Source: an uncultured delta proteobacterium (GTDB lineage Bacteria; Desulfobacterota; Binatia; UBA9968). Taken from it: a stretch of DNA of 64,000 nucleotides. This document shows, in pieces, positions 31,383 through 42,131 of this stretch. Each line of letters begins with the position of its first letter. Position 1 is the first letter of the stretch. Where the stretch lies: contig CAWDPO010000046.1 in NCBI GenBank assembly GCA_963804165.1, forward strand, positions 32,001-96,000, given 5' to 3'. A program made the translations under genes and the position numbers. The notes under the pieces are model-generated. The model did not search any database and had not been told where the DNA came from. It saw nothing but the letters and a program-made list of their open reading frames with translations.

Positions 31383-32372
31383 TCACTTTCCGTATTGCCG
31401 GTTCATCTCGTCGAAGAAGCCCGAGCTTTCCAGTTCATTGACGAAGCGGGGTTCAATGAAACCTTCCGGATTCACCCCGGCGACTTCGGGGCTCGAGCGC
31501 GACAATAGATAGTGCATCGATTGGGCAACTTTCGCGGTCGGCGTGGGCTTCGTCATGAGCCGTTCTTTGTAAAGATTGTAGATCGTGCTCAAAACTTCCG
31601 GGTCGTTGCTCGCCACGTATTTTCTTAGCGTTGCCAAAGCGAAGTCGGGCTTAGCCCGATATAGATATAGTCCTTCGATCCAGGCCTTAAGAAATCTGAG
31701 CGTGATGTCCGGATTTTTGTTGACGTAAGACCGGCGCACGAGGATACCGGAACCGGAGATTTCGATCGGCAGTTTGGAATAGTCGATCAGCGGTTTGAAT
31801 CCCATCTTCGTCGCTGTCACGGTCTGGATGCCGGCGATGATGACGCCGTGGAGGCGACCGGTCTGCAGCCCGCTCAAGCGGGCGCCGAGATCGCCGACCG
31901 GAAGGATCGTCACGTCTTTATCCGAAATATTGTTAAGCCGCAGCCCTTCGCGCAGAAGAATATCGGTCAGAGAAGCGGCGGTGCTCATGCCCAGCACTTT
32001 GCCGCGCAATTGCTCGATGCTCGTGATGTTTTTCTGGACCACCAACGAATGTTCGAGTTGGTTGTTGGGCGAGGCGATGAGTGCCGTGTCCGCGCCGCGT
32101 TGATAGGCTTCCAGAGCGGGCATGCCCGAATGATTGACGAATTGCACGCTGCCGCCGATGAGCGACATGATGCTGCGCGGCCCGCCGGAGATGTAGACTA
32201 GATTCAGATCCAGGCCGTGCTTTTCATAAAGCCGCGCTTCCTTGGCGACCCACGTCTGCGCCATGGAGCCCGAGATCGCGCCGTAGCTCGCGTTTACTTT
32301 TTCCAACGCCGCAGCGTCGACGGGCGCCGACAATATCCCGATCAAAGCAAGAACGCTCATTAGTTGCCCCAT
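31383..32372 (-). CDS. ABC-type solute-binding protein, NMT1/THI5-like
   Basis: Signal peptide; WVAKEARLYEKHGL; ITSIEQLRGK. Confidence 0.9.
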   Translation of the reverse strand: MGQLMSVLALIGILSAPVDAAALEKVNASYGAISGSMAQTWVAKEARLYEKHGLDLNLVYISGGPRSIMSLIGGSVQFVNHSGMPALEAYQRGADTALIASPNNQLEHSLVVQKNITSIEQLRGKVLGMSTAASLTDILLREGLRLNNISDKDVTILPVGDLGARLSGLQTGRLHGVIIAGIQTVTATKMGFKPLIDYSKLPIEISGSGILVRRSYVNKNPDITLRFLKAWIEGLYLYRAKPDFALATLRKYVASNDPEVLSTIYNLYKERLMTKPTPTAKVAQSMHYLLSRSSPEVAGVNPEGFIEPRFVNELESSGFFDEMNRQYGK

Positions 32373-32497
32373 CTAGTTTCTCCCATTGGCTAATACGACG
32401 CTAAGGTGATTTGCCGGCCCGGCGCAGTTTGCATTCCTCGACTTGCGCTATATATTAGCAACGCATTTCCCGCTTTGGTAACGGAAAGGAGAGCGCT

Positions 32498-33523
32498 ATG
32501 AGTTTTCTCTTAGGCCTTTTCTTTTTGTTGGCAGCAAGTCCGGGCCTTCAAGCCCAGCCTTTCTACCAAGGGAAGGGCATCAAGCTCATTGTCGGCAGTC
32601 CCGCCGGATCCAATTACGATCAGTACTCCCGGCTGATCGCTCCCTATCTCAGCAAGTACATTCCTGGAAATCCCGAAGTGATCGTCCAGAATATGGGGGG
32701 CGCGGGGTCTGCAATTGCCGCCAACCACGTTTATCGTCTGGCCGCGCCGGATGGTTTGACGCTCTTGTCGATCCTTCCGGCGATCTACTTCGATCAGCTC
32801 GTCGGTCGCAAGGAGGTCCAGTTCGACTATGCCAAATTCGCCTGGATCGGCAGCACCGACCGATCGAACAATCTGCTCATTATGCGGGCCGATACTCCCT
32901 ATAAGACGCTGCAAGACGTGCGCGGCGCGTCCGAGCCGCCCAAGTGCGCAGCCACCGGCACCGGCTCGATCGCTTATTACATGCCCAAGCTGTTGGAGGA
33001 AGTGATCGGCACGAAATTCAATGTGGTGGTCGGCTACCCCGGGGGGCCCGACATGGATCTCGCGGTGGAGCGAGGCGAAGCACAATGCCGGGCATTTACC
33101 CTTTCGGCGTTTTTGAGCGACCGCGATCCGTATCGGACCTGGCGCAAGAACAATTCCGTTCGTGTGCTGGTGCAGACCGGTTCCAGTCGCGATAAAAGGC
33201 TGCCGAATGTGCCGACGCTAGTCGAGCTGATGGATGAACTCAAAACTCCCGAGCCGTCGCGGCGCCTGGCAAAATTGATTTTGGCCTCCGGCGATCTGGG
33301 CCGTCCGATTATCGGACCGCCCGGGATTTCCCCAGATCGGGTAAAAATTCTGCGCCAAGCGTTCATGAAAGCGCTGACCGACCCGGCGCTTCTCGCGCAA
33401 GCCGAAAAATTCAATATGGAAATTGAACCCACCGGCGGAGAGGAATTGGAGACGCTGGCCAGAGACGTGATGACCCAGCCTCCCGACGTGATCGAACGGA
33501 TGAAAAAATTGCTCGGCAAATGA
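32498..33523 (+). CDS. Bug/TctC-family solute-binding protein
   Basis: FYQGKGIKLIVGSPAGSNYD, PGNP..VQNMGGAG, PDGLT, GYPGG. Confidence 0.9.
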   Translation: MSFLLGLFFLLAASPGLQAQPFYQGKGIKLIVGSPAGSNYDQYSRLIAPYLSKYIPGNPEVIVQNMGGAGSAIAANHVYRLAAPDGLTLLSILPAIYFDQLVGRKEVQFDYAKFAWIGSTDRSNNLLIMRADTPYKTLQDVRGASEPPKCAATGTGSIAYYMPKLLEEVIGTKFNVVVGYPGGPDMDLAVERGEAQCRAFTLSAFLSDRDPYRTWRKNNSVRVLVQTGSSRDKRLPNVPTLVELMDELKTPEPSRRLAKLILASGDLGRPIIGPPGISPDRVKILRQAFMKALTDPALLAQAEKFNMEIEPTGGEELETLARDVMTQPPDVIERMKKLLGK

Positions 33524-33568
33524 TGGGCGCCAGCAACGCGCAGTAACGGGAACTAAGGAGGTAGCGCC

Positions 33569-34597
33569 ATGAAGAGAATAGTCCTCGGGCTGTTGTTTCT
33601 TGTCGCTGCAAACTCCGAGCTTTGTGCCCAGCCATCTTTCTTCGAGGGCAAGAGCGTGCGCGTCCTCGTCGGATTTACTCCCGGCGGCTCTTACGATCTC
33701 TGGGCCCGCCTCATCGCACAACACATGAGCAAGCATGTTCCTGGAAATCCCAGTTTCGTCGTGCAGAACATGACGGGCGGCGGTTCCATGGTCGCGGCGA
33801 ACTACATTTACAATGTCGCCAAGCCCGACGGCCTGACCTTCGGAGTCGTCACTCCGGGTCTGTATATTGAACAGCTCTCTGGACGAAAAGAGGTGCAGTA
33901 TGATTGGGGCAAATTCAGCTGGATCGGGTCGCCGGAAAGAACCGACCGCATCTTTTATATTCGCGCCGATACCCCCTACAAAATACTTGAAGACCTGCGC
34001 AAAGCGGCGGAGCCGCCGAAGTGCGGGGCTACCGGAGTCGGCACGGCAAGTTATTATTGGCCCAGGCTTCTCGCCGAGACCTTTGGCTTCAAGGTGAATA
34101 TTGTGGCGGGTTATCCGGGCTCGAGCGATGTCAATCTAGCGATCGAAAAAGGGGAGGTGCATTGCTGGGGCGGCACCGTTCAGGCTTTTTTTGGCAGCGA
34201 GCCGGGTCGAACTTGGGCCAAGACGGGCTATGTTCGCGTGCTCACGCAGGGAGGGCAAAAACGTCATCCGCAACTCGCCGACGTTCCGACCGTGTGGAAC
34301 CTTATGGACAAGCATGGTGCCAGTGAACCAACGCGGCGGGTGGCTAAGGTGCTTCTCTCTCCCGACGACCTCGGCCGCCCTTTCTTTGGTCCGCCGGGCG
34401 TCCCAGCGGACCGAGTCAAAATCTTGCGCGACGCGTTTGCGAAGGTCCTGAATGATCCCGACGTAGCGGCGGAAGCTCAAAAGAAAGGGCTCGACCCCAG
34501 TCTGGTCACCGGGGGCGAGATTGAAAGTTTGATCAAAGAGCTTGTCGGCCTGCCGCCTGAAGTCACCCAGCGGATGAAGAGACTTGTGGAGCAGTAA
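33569..34597 (+). CDS. Bug/TctC-family solute-binding protein (tandem paralogue)
   Basis: FFEGKSVRVLVGFTPGGSYD, PGNP..VQNMTGGG, PDGLT; clearly paralogous to the preceding gene. Confidence 0.9.
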   Translation: MKRIVLGLLFLVAANSELCAQPSFFEGKSVRVLVGFTPGGSYDLWARLIAQHMSKHVPGNPSFVVQNMTGGGSMVAANYIYNVAKPDGLTFGVVTPGLYIEQLSGRKEVQYDWGKFSWIGSPERTDRIFYIRADTPYKILEDLRKAAEPPKCGATGVGTASYYWPRLLAETFGFKVNIVAGYPGSSDVNLAIEKGEVHCWGGTVQAFFGSEPGRTWAKTGYVRVLTQGGQKRHPQLADVPTVWNLMDKHGASEPTRRVAKVLLSPDDLGRPFFGPPGVPADRVKILRDAFAKVLNDPDVAAEAQKKGLDPSLVTGGEIESLIKELVGLPPEVTQRMKRLVEQ

Positions 34598-34879
34598 GTG
34601 TCAGATGGTGCAGATTGCCATCTGTGCAATCGCTCCATCTTTTTTAACAGAGTGTATGCCCGGAACTCGTCCGATGAACGGACTTCGTATTTCTTTCGCG
34701 GATGAAGTCGATGTCGCCGCGCACGGCGTCATCGGAGATAGTGCCGTCGGTGAAAAGATTGTTACGATGTCACGCAGAGAAGCTTCCGCGGTTTTCGGTC
34801 GACTGTAGGATAACGCAAAAGTCAAACGATAAATAAAATCATTCGTCTTGCCATCGGCGCTGTCCCTTCCGCGGATCAA

Positions 34880-36125
34880 TCACTTATCTGAAAAACGTGG
34901 AATCTGGAACTGCCGCACTCTCGGGAAGCTCGCGGCGACAACGATAAGGACGAACAGCGTCGCTATGCCGCCGGTCAAGGCGGATAGTTGCGTGCCCAGC
35001 CAAGCTGCAACAACGCCGGACTCGAACTGGCCGAGTTGTGGCCCGCTGCTCGTAAAGATGCTGTTGATCGACGACATACGTCCGCGCAACTCGTCGGGAG
35101 TGCTGAGCTGGTTGATCGTCGAACGCAATATGGAGCTGATGGTGTCGCCGGCGCCGGTCAACATCGAGCATGAGAAAGGAAAACCAGAAAATCTGCGAGC
35201 CCGCGAAAAAGACCGTCGAGAGCCCGTAGATCCCGATGCCGAGAAAAATCCAGCGGCCGCTGTGTTTCACCGGACCGAAGAGAGCCATGGCGCCGGCGGC
35301 GAGCAAAGAGCCGATGGCGCGCGCGGCGTAGAGAAGGCCGAGGCCGGTGGGGCCGACAAGCAAAATGTCGCGCGCGTAAATGGGAAACAGGCCGCGGACG
35401 TTGCCGAAAAACGTCGCGCTGAAATCCAGCAACATGAGCGGAAAAATAACGCCGTGCGACCAGACAAATTGCAATCCTTCGCGCAAGCGAAGTCAGAGAA
35501 ACCGTTTTCCAACCTCCGCCTTCCGGTATTTTTGTTCGCAGAAGCTTTAGGGCGCCGAGCATAGCGAGCCAAGAACAGGCGTCGACGGCATAGCATGCTG
35601 CCGGACCCGAGAAGGCCAACACGAGGCCGGCCAAGGATGGGCCGGCAATGATCGGCACGTAGCGTTGCGTGCCTTGCAGCGCAAGCGCTTGCGCTAACTG
35701 TTCGCGCGGCACCAGGCTCGGAATGATCGATTGGCGCGAGGGTTGTTCGAGCGAGGTAAAAAGTGCCAAGCAACACCGTCGCGACGTAAAGCATATGCGG
35801 CGTGGCTCTGCCGGCGAACGTCAATAGCGCAAGCGTCGTCGAGACGCCAAACAGGCCGAGCTGCGTGCACATCATCAGCTTGCGGCGGTTCGATCGCGTC
35901 GGCGAGCAGCCCGCCGACGAGCAGAAGGGCGATTTGCGGCACCGCCCGCGCGACGCCGAGCAGCCCGATCTGCAGCGGCGAATTGGTCAGCTCATAGATT
36001 TGCCATGCCATCGCGACCGTAGTGAATTGCGTGCCGATGCTGGAGAAAAAGGAGCCGGTCCAGAAAACACTAAAGTCGCGATGGCGAAAAGGCGAAAAAT
36101 AATCTCGTTCGGTTTTTTCAGGCAT
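34880..36125 (-). CDS. MFS transporter (EntS/DHA3-like), about four apparent frameshifts
   Basis: FRHRDF..FWTG, AWQIYELT.SPL, PSRQSIIPSLV, REGLQFVW, TPDELRGR..S are spread over several frames. A true pseudogene cannot be excluded. Confidence 0.8.
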
Positions 36126-36444
36126 TCAGTGATGGAGCGGTTTTCGCGTCGTAGGTCGTTCTTATCCCAGAGGCGAATCGATGTCTATTCGACGTGGGGA
36201 TTTCCCCTTGACGAGAAGGCGCGATTGGACCTAGCGTTCCAAAAAGCTGCAACTATCCCGGTCACGGAACTGTTGAAGAAATAGGAGGACAGTGGATTCA
36301 TCCAAAAGACTTTTAGCGCCTACGGAGTGAAGTGAGGTTGTTGGTTTCCTGCTTTAGATAGGCGAAGAATTCGATTTTAATTGTATTGCGCGTCGCCGCG
36401 CTAATTAGTATTTATCGATATCGGAAGAAAAGGGCTTCCAATCA

Positions 36445-36714
36445 TTGGTTAAATACAACCCTCATCTGCAGAAAGCCATTTTTGACGTGATCGATAAGCA
36501 AATTAAGGAGAACGATCCTCCGGAAACGCGCGAGACTTTTAACCGGCTTGTGCGCGAAGGGCACTCAAAAACCGAGACGAGAAAGCTGATCGGGTGTGCC
36601 ATCGCCGTGGAGATCTACGATATCATGAAAAACCAGAAGCCCTTTGACCGAGAACGGTTCGTTGGCAATCTCAGAAGACTGCCCGAACTTCCGTTCGATG
36701 ATGAGGAGGAGTGA
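36445..36714 (+). CDS. Small conserved hypothetical protein
   Basis: Helical 89-aa protein, QIKENDPPETRETFNRL...EIYDIMKNQKPFD; TTG start uncertain. Confidence 0.75.
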   Translation: MVKYNPHLQKAIFDVIDKQIKENDPPETRETFNRLVREGHSKTETRKLIGCAIAVEIYDIMKNQKPFDRERFVGNLRRLPELPFDDEEE

Positions 36715-36846
36715 AAGGATCGAGTTAACTATTTGCGCCATGGAGCTATTCATGTGCACGGCCAGATTGCTCGATTGCTCTACGACGTCCTTTCCCAAGG
36801 CTTCGAGTTCTTGCCCGTCGATTGATCTCCAAAGACTTCCCCATCT

Positions 36847-37815
36847 CTACCTTTTCATTTCCCCCAACACTTCTTTCAATATTCCATAGTCCACCACTTG
36901 GGCGAGGGGAATCGCTGTCTTCAGTTTATTCTGTTCGCGGATGAAATCGATGTCGCCGCGCACGGCATCATCGGCGGTGGTTCCGTCCTTGGAAAGATTC
37001 TTTACGATCTCGCGCAGGGACGCTTCGGCGGTTTTTCGGTCGAGTTGGAAATCTTCCATGATGAAGGGAATGACTTTTTCCTGATTGGCGGAATCTCTGG
37101 CGAAGTCCATGCCGCGCAGCGTTGCACGAACCACGCGTTTAACTTGTGCGGGATTCGATTTGATACGTGCATCGGAAGTGCCCAAGCCGGCCAACACCGT
37201 GCGCAAATAATCCGCCACGTTCCCCAGGCTTCGGTAACCTAAGTCTTCCGCCTTGTAGTTAAACGGTATCGAAAGCAAAGCGGCCGCGGCTGCGCCGCCC
37301 TGCAAAGCGGCGAAGGCATTTGCCGTGCTGCCTGCGGCGATAATAGTCAGGTCCTGCTCGGGACTCATGCCCGCCGCTTTCGCCATGGCGCGCGCGCCGA
37401 CCGCATCGGTGGCGGCGATAGCGGTCACTGCGACGGCCTTGCCTTTGAGGTCTTGAATACGTTTTATCTCGGGCCGCACCATCATGTGAAATATCGGTTT
37501 GTCGAGGGTAAACATCAGCGCCTTTACCGGCAAACCGGCGGCGGCCCCGCGAAGAACCGTGCCAGCCGCGGCGATATACTCCATTTCGCCGCTCACAACT
37601 GCCGCCAACTGCACGTCGGCTTTGCCTACCGGAAGGCTCACTTCGAGTCCTTCGTTTTTAAAGAGGCCGAACTTGTCCGCCAAGTAGTAATTCAAGAACG
37701 TCAGGCTCTTCGACGGCATGGCCACGCGTACGGGCTCGGCCAATGCCGTTGCAGCGCCCAAGAGAATCGCGAGAGCGAGTACGATTGCGGTTACGAAATT
37801 ATTCTTATGCCTCAT
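36847..37815 (-). CDS. ABC-type solute-binding protein, NMT1-like
   Basis: Signal peptide from MRHKNN; GLFKNEGLEV; IKRIQDLKGK. Confidence 0.9.
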   Translation of the reverse strand: MRHKNNFVTAIVLALAILLGAATALAEPVRVAMPSKSLTFLNYYLADKFGLFKNEGLEVSLPVGKADVQLAAVVSGEMEYIAAAGTVLRGAAAGLPVKALMFTLDKPIFHMMVRPEIKRIQDLKGKAVAVTAIAATDAVGARAMAKAAGMSPEQDLTIIAAGSTANAFAALQGGAAAAALLSIPFNYKAEDLGYRSLGNVADYLRTVLAGLGTSDARIKSNPAQVKRVVRATLRGMDFARDSANQEKVIPFIMEDFQLDRKTAEASLREIVKNLSKDGTTADDAVRGDIDFIREQNKLKTAIPLAQVVDYGILKEVLGEMKR

Positions 37816-37920
37816 AAAGCTCTTCAGAAGAGAGCCCGATCGGCAACGTAGAGCCGCGGCAACGTGCTGGCCTTGATTATCGACGCAGCGAATGGAATCA
37901 CTATTCACGAACGCGATTTC

Positions 37921-39051
37921 TCACACTTCGCTTTCGAGAATCTCCAATCCGTCCAGACGATCGATCAGGTACAGTAAGCCGTTGTCGGCGCGATAAACAT
38001 CGTTGCTCTTGACGGTCTTTTGTCCGCGGCCGGGAGCCGGCACGTAGCAACCGATCTCGGTCGGGAGATAGGGATTACTGACGTCGACGACGCGCAGGCC
38101 GCCGCTGAACCAGGTGACGAACATCTTGTTGTCGTAAACTTGTTCGGCGGGTTGGTGCGCGCCGTATTGATGGCCCGGTTCGATGCCGTGAGCTTCCGCC
38201 GTGTTGAACGTCGAGATTGGCACCGGACGAGTTTCGTCGGTGATGTCGACCATCCACATAAAGGCATACGGCATCGGCGCCCGCTTGCCCGCTTCTTCGT
38301 CGGTTACGACCATGACATCGCGGTTCATCAGCTTCCACGGGATCGGCAAGGTCGTGTGGATCGGCGAGGGGTAGGGCGGCGACCAGTTGAGGCCGCTGAT
38401 GAATTTCGGGCGGCTCATGTCGGCGATATCCAGGATCACGAAACCGCCGTGCCAGTAACTCGTGTAGAGCCGATCACCGCGCCGGATCGGATGGTGGCAC
38501 TGATGCGCGGTGCCTTCCCACGACGGTGTCTCGCCGCCGCCGATCCACTGACCGGGCATCCACCATCTTCCCACTTCTTCCGGATGCGCGGGATCCTTGA
38601 GATCCACGATCATCACGATGCGTCCGACATATCCGTCGATATGCGCCGAGATGTAAGCGTAGTCGCCGTCGAAGGTGAAGCGATGAACGCCGCCGTTGGT
38701 TTCGAAGAACGCGATCTCTTTGGGCCTTTCCCGGTTGGAAATGTCGTAGACTTTGAGCCCGGTGGGCTGCTTCTCTTTGCTCCGGTATCTTTCCAGATTC
38801 ACGAGCATGATGTCGCCGCTGACCCGGACTTTGTGCGAATGCACGCCCTGGGGAATTTCAATCTCCGCGATAACCTTGGGATGCTTCGGATTTTTCACAT
38901 CGACAATCGACGTGCCGTGCGGCGGGTCCATGTGACCGACAAATGCGTAGCCGTTCTCGACCACCACTTGACCGCCGCCCGCCAAGTCCGTCCGCCCGAT
39001 CCGTTTTATATTTTTGCTGATGCCAAATTCAGGCGCGTTCAGTTGGCTCAT
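37921..39051 (-). CDS. LVIVD-repeat beta-propeller protein
   Basis: Repeated units IVDVKNPKHP, VYDISNRERP, IVDLKDPAHP, ILDIADMSRP, VVDVSNPYLP. Confidence 0.88.
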   Translation of the reverse strand: MSQLNAPEFGISKNIKRIGRTDLAGGGQVVVENGYAFVGHMDPPHGTSIVDVKNPKHPKVIAEIEIPQGVHSHKVRVSGDIMLVNLERYRSKEKQPTGLKVYDISNRERPKEIAFFETNGGVHRFTFDGDYAYISAHIDGYVGRIVMIVDLKDPAHPEEVGRWWMPGQWIGGGETPSWEGTAHQCHHPIRRGDRLYTSYWHGGFVILDIADMSRPKFISGLNWSPPYPSPIHTTLPIPWKLMNRDVMVVTDEEAGKRAPMPYAFMWMVDITDETRPVPISTFNTAEAHGIEPGHQYGAHQPAEQVYDNKMFVTWFSGGLRVVDVSNPYLPTEIGCYVPAPGRGQKTVKSNDVYRADNGLLYLIDRLDGLEILESEV

Positions 39052-39234
39052 GAATTTTTCTCCTGTTCGATTCGAGTAGGTTCTTGTACCAAGCCGGAGG
39101 CAAAGCGGTCAACCGGATACAGCGCCTATTCGCAAAATGCAACGATCGCAGAACGGGTGTGTGAGGCCACCATCGATAGCTGATTGACCTCACCTTAATT
39201 TTGCGATAGAGGCAGGCTAACGGGAGATCGTATT

Positions 39235-39723
39235 ATGCTTTTTCTTCCTGATTACGCGGGTGTCCTTCGCTGTATCGGTCAAGCGCTGCAAAACCAAGAA
39301 ATCGAAGTGTTTGAACTAGTATCCCACGCTAATGAGTTCCGCCTGCAATGCGGCGATCCGAATCCTCCCTACGTGGGCTTGAAAGAATTTAGGTTTTCGC
39401 TTGAGCAGATAGAAACTCTTGATCGTGAAGGTCAAGCACGGCGTGGTCAAGCAAACGCCGGGATACGATTCGACAGTGTTGCCGAAATGCTGCGCGCGGT
39501 GGGAGGCTACCTTAACAATAAGCGCGGGCATTTGCGGCGGGTCAACAACAGTTGCGCTTCAATCACCGATGATCCCGTTGTCGAGATCGAGTATGAAACT
39601 CGGACCGGGGTTCAGTCGGAAAATCTGACCGTGAGCTTTATCCGTGAAGCCAGCGTGAGTATGTACAAGAAGCGAACGCGCCTCGCGCACCCCGTCAGCG
39701 TTCTTCGCGGCGTTAGCCACTAA
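39235..39723 (+). CDS. Hypothetical protein with a two-fold internal repeat
   Basis: YAGVLRCIGQAL resembles VAEMLRAVGGYL; RBS GGGAG. Confidence 0.75.
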   Translation: MLFLPDYAGVLRCIGQALQNQEIEVFELVSHANEFRLQCGDPNPPYVGLKEFRFSLEQIETLDREGQARRGQANAGIRFDSVAEMLRAVGGYLNNKRGHLRRVNNSCASITDDPVVEIEYETRTGVQSENLTVSFIREASVSMYKKRTRLAHPVSVLRGVSH

Positions 39724-39912
39724 CTCTTCGACAAAAGAAAATTTCCACTGCCGCGCCCTTGGCTGCCGCCTGGCTCACTGCGCGGCAGAAGGTCGTCAAA
39801 CACCAGCTGAAGCGGTGTATGGCGAGGTCAGCGCCTGTAACATCAGGCGGGGGGGCAGAGAGTGGCGGTGCGGTTGCAAAAAAATCACCGGATTAATAAT
39901 TGGCACCGGTGA

Positions 39913-39941
39913 TTGACAGTACCGCAGTTAACACGTAGAGT
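39913..39941 (+). promoter_or_regulatory. Sigma-70 promoter for the RRM gene
   Basis: TTGACA (39913-39918)-17 bp-TAGAGT (39936-39941). Confidence 0.65.
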
Positions 39942-40143
39942 GAAATTCCTACTTCAGTAATAGGCCTTCTGAAAGAGGATGACACAAACGTTGAAGGCCT
40001 CTAATCCGTCTCTCTCCTTGCGAACGATACCTAAAGGATAATCCGACCAGAGCGTGGTTTCAGTCATTCACTAGCCCATGTTCTGCCCACTGGCAGTCTA
40101 ATTCTCAGGGTCATAGACAACAATTTTCTCATTGGAGGAGAAC

Positions 40144-40449
40144 ATGGGTACTAAATTATATGTTGGCGGTCTGCCTTATTCGGTAACCGAAGGGCGGCTG
40201 CAAGAAATCTTTTCAGCGCACGGGGCCGTCGAATCGGCCAACGTGATCTCGGACAAGTTTACCGGACAATCCCGGGGCTTCGGCTTCGTGGAGATGGGTT
40301 CCAGCGGCGAGGCTCAGAAAGCCATCGAGTCGCTCAACGGCACGCAGCTCGACGGGCGCACGCTCACCGTTAACGAAGCCAAGCCTATGGTGCGGCGCGA
40401 CAACGGCGGCGGTGGCGGGGGCCGTGACAATGGACGCAATCGCTGGTAG
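40144..40449 (+). CDS. RRM RNA-binding protein with Gly-rich tail
   Basis: RNP2 LYVGGL and RNP1 RGFGFVEM; RBS GGAGGAG. Confidence 0.95.
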   Translation: MGTKLYVGGLPYSVTEGRLQEIFSAHGAVESANVISDKFTGQSRGFGFVEMGSSGEAQKAIESLNGTQLDGRTLTVNEAKPMVRRDNGGGGGGRDNGRNRW

Positions 40450-40475
40450 TCTTTTCGTCATCTAGCTAGTCCACT

Positions 40476-40510
40476 GGGGAGCAACAGGTCGGGTTGCTCC
40501 CCTCTTTTTT
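40476..40510 (+). terminator. Intrinsic terminator
   Basis: 10-bp stem GGGGAGCAAC/GTTGCTCCCC followed by TCTTTTTT. Confidence 0.85.
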
Positions 40511-40691
40511 CACTTCACGCTTCGGCTTGCTGCCGACTTTGGCGGAAGGGGCATTTTTCTTCCGCGATTCCGCTGTTGGCTCTCTGTCAGTCACACCGGA
40601 ATAGATTTGTCCTTACCTCATTTGTTTTCAGCTCCGAGGACATCCGGTAACTTGGAGGCTTTTTTATTGGGCCGTAAACCACGGAGGTTCC

Positions 40692-41060
40692 ATGACCGAA
40701 CAACAAGCGGTTAAACAGAGCGCAGAATTGCTGAGAACGATCATCCGAAGCATCGACAAAAAGCTCGAGTATACTTTCATCGACCCGTCGCAAGAAGGAA
40801 GATTCTCGCTTCGACTGTCGACGCGCGGACGGGCGGGTATTGTTTCCCTGCTGACGAATGACCTGCGGCTGGCCGTGAACGATAACGTGCGCAAGAACGG
40901 GATCCGCCAAAAGATCAAAAGCACGCGCGACCATTTGCTATCGAACTACGTGGTCGACGTCATGGGAAGAAAGGTTACGCGGATGCTGAAGCAGTCGGCC
41001 GGCGGAAAGGACGAGATTAAGTCATCCTTTTTCTATAGACGCCCGCAGGGAAGAAGATAG
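40692..41060 (+). CDS. Hypothetical basic protein
   Basis: RBS GGAGG and a 122-aa ORF; no recognised motif. Confidence 0.75.
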   Translation: MTEQQAVKQSAELLRTIIRSIDKKLEYTFIDPSQEGRFSLRLSTRGRAGIVSLLTNDLRLAVNDNVRKNGIRQKIKSTRDHLLSNYVVDVMGRKVTRMLKQSAGGKDEIKSSFFYRRPQGRR

Positions 41061-41226
41061 CCGGTTTTTGACGATTCGGCTGCGGATCCCGATTCAACTT
41101 TATTATTGAATCGGGAAGCAGATTCTTCGCTCCATTTCATTTCATGTGGGTGGGATCGTCAAGAATTGAAGGCCCAGCCCAAAAACCGTTTCAGAAGCCA
41201 TCGTAACTGCCAACCGAAGTCTACCC

Positions 41227-41409
41227 CTAGTGTGCGGACTCAGAGATTCGCAATATAATTCGATCGTCATTCCGGGCAACCCCGGATCACAGTCCGGGGT
41301 AGCGCGACCCGGAATCCAGGAATTTCAAAGGCATCTGGATACCGGCGTCCGCTGGTATGACGGCCAAGCGTGAACACTCGTTTAACAAACTTCCGGGCCA
41401 CGACACGAG
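41227..41409. mobile_element. MITE-like element enclosing a CGTC-type REP pair
   Basis: Degenerate inverted ends CTAGTGTGCGGACTCAGAGATTCG and CAAACTTCCGGGCCACGACACGAG; internal CGTCATTCCGG...GGTATGACG. Confidence 0.55.
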
Positions 41410-41916
41410 GTCACCCATGTGTCCTCTTAATTAGTAAACCCAACTGCCGTAGTAAATTGTCGCTATCACGATCTCTGCAATCGGCATTCTTACCACCGAG
41501 GCACTGAGACAATCCGACACGATGAAGGTAGAAATCTCGATGCGTCGATCGTCTAGCCGTGGGTTCCCCAACGGGCGAAAAATCCGCGGTTCGCGTTTCT
41601 TATTGCTAGGGTTGGTGAAACCGTGTTAAGCGGCATGTGCCGCAATAGCATGAATTTGGGGTGCGGCTCTGATGAGCGAAACTCCCGATGTTTCAACTGA
41701 TCAACGGAACCATAGAATGCGCTGAGTGCAGGCACGAGATTCGCCACGGCGATGAATTCAATTGTCATTCCTGCGGGGCGAGTATCTGCGACAGTTGCCT
41801 CTTTTATCATGAAGATGGGTGCCTTTTGGCAATTCCAGGCGAAAAGAATTTTCATTGACTAGAAAAATGATTTTATCGGCTACTTGATAAAAGCAGGATT
41901 TCCCGCAGAGGAACAG

Positions 41917-42060
41917 GGCGGCGAAGCCGCAACCGAGACTCGGATTATCTCGCGCAAAGACGCAAAGGCCGCAAAGGTCGGAGAAAATGGGTCAAAATCA
42001 TTTTGTAAGAGTTTTTATCTTTCCCCTTCCAAACTTGGCGACTTTGCGCCTTGGCGGGAG
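41917..42060. repeat. CGCAAAG-periodic inverted repeat element
   Basis: TCTCGCGCAAAGACGCAAAGGCCGCAAAG ... CTTGGCGACTTTGCGCCTTGGCGGGA. The preceding GCGGCGAAGCCGCAAC resembles 24428-24443. Confidence 0.65.
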
Positions 42061-42131
42061 GAATTTCCGACTCCGAGTGCTTTCAGCCGTCCGACGTCGG
42101 ACCGTCACGATTCACGAGCACGTACACGGTC

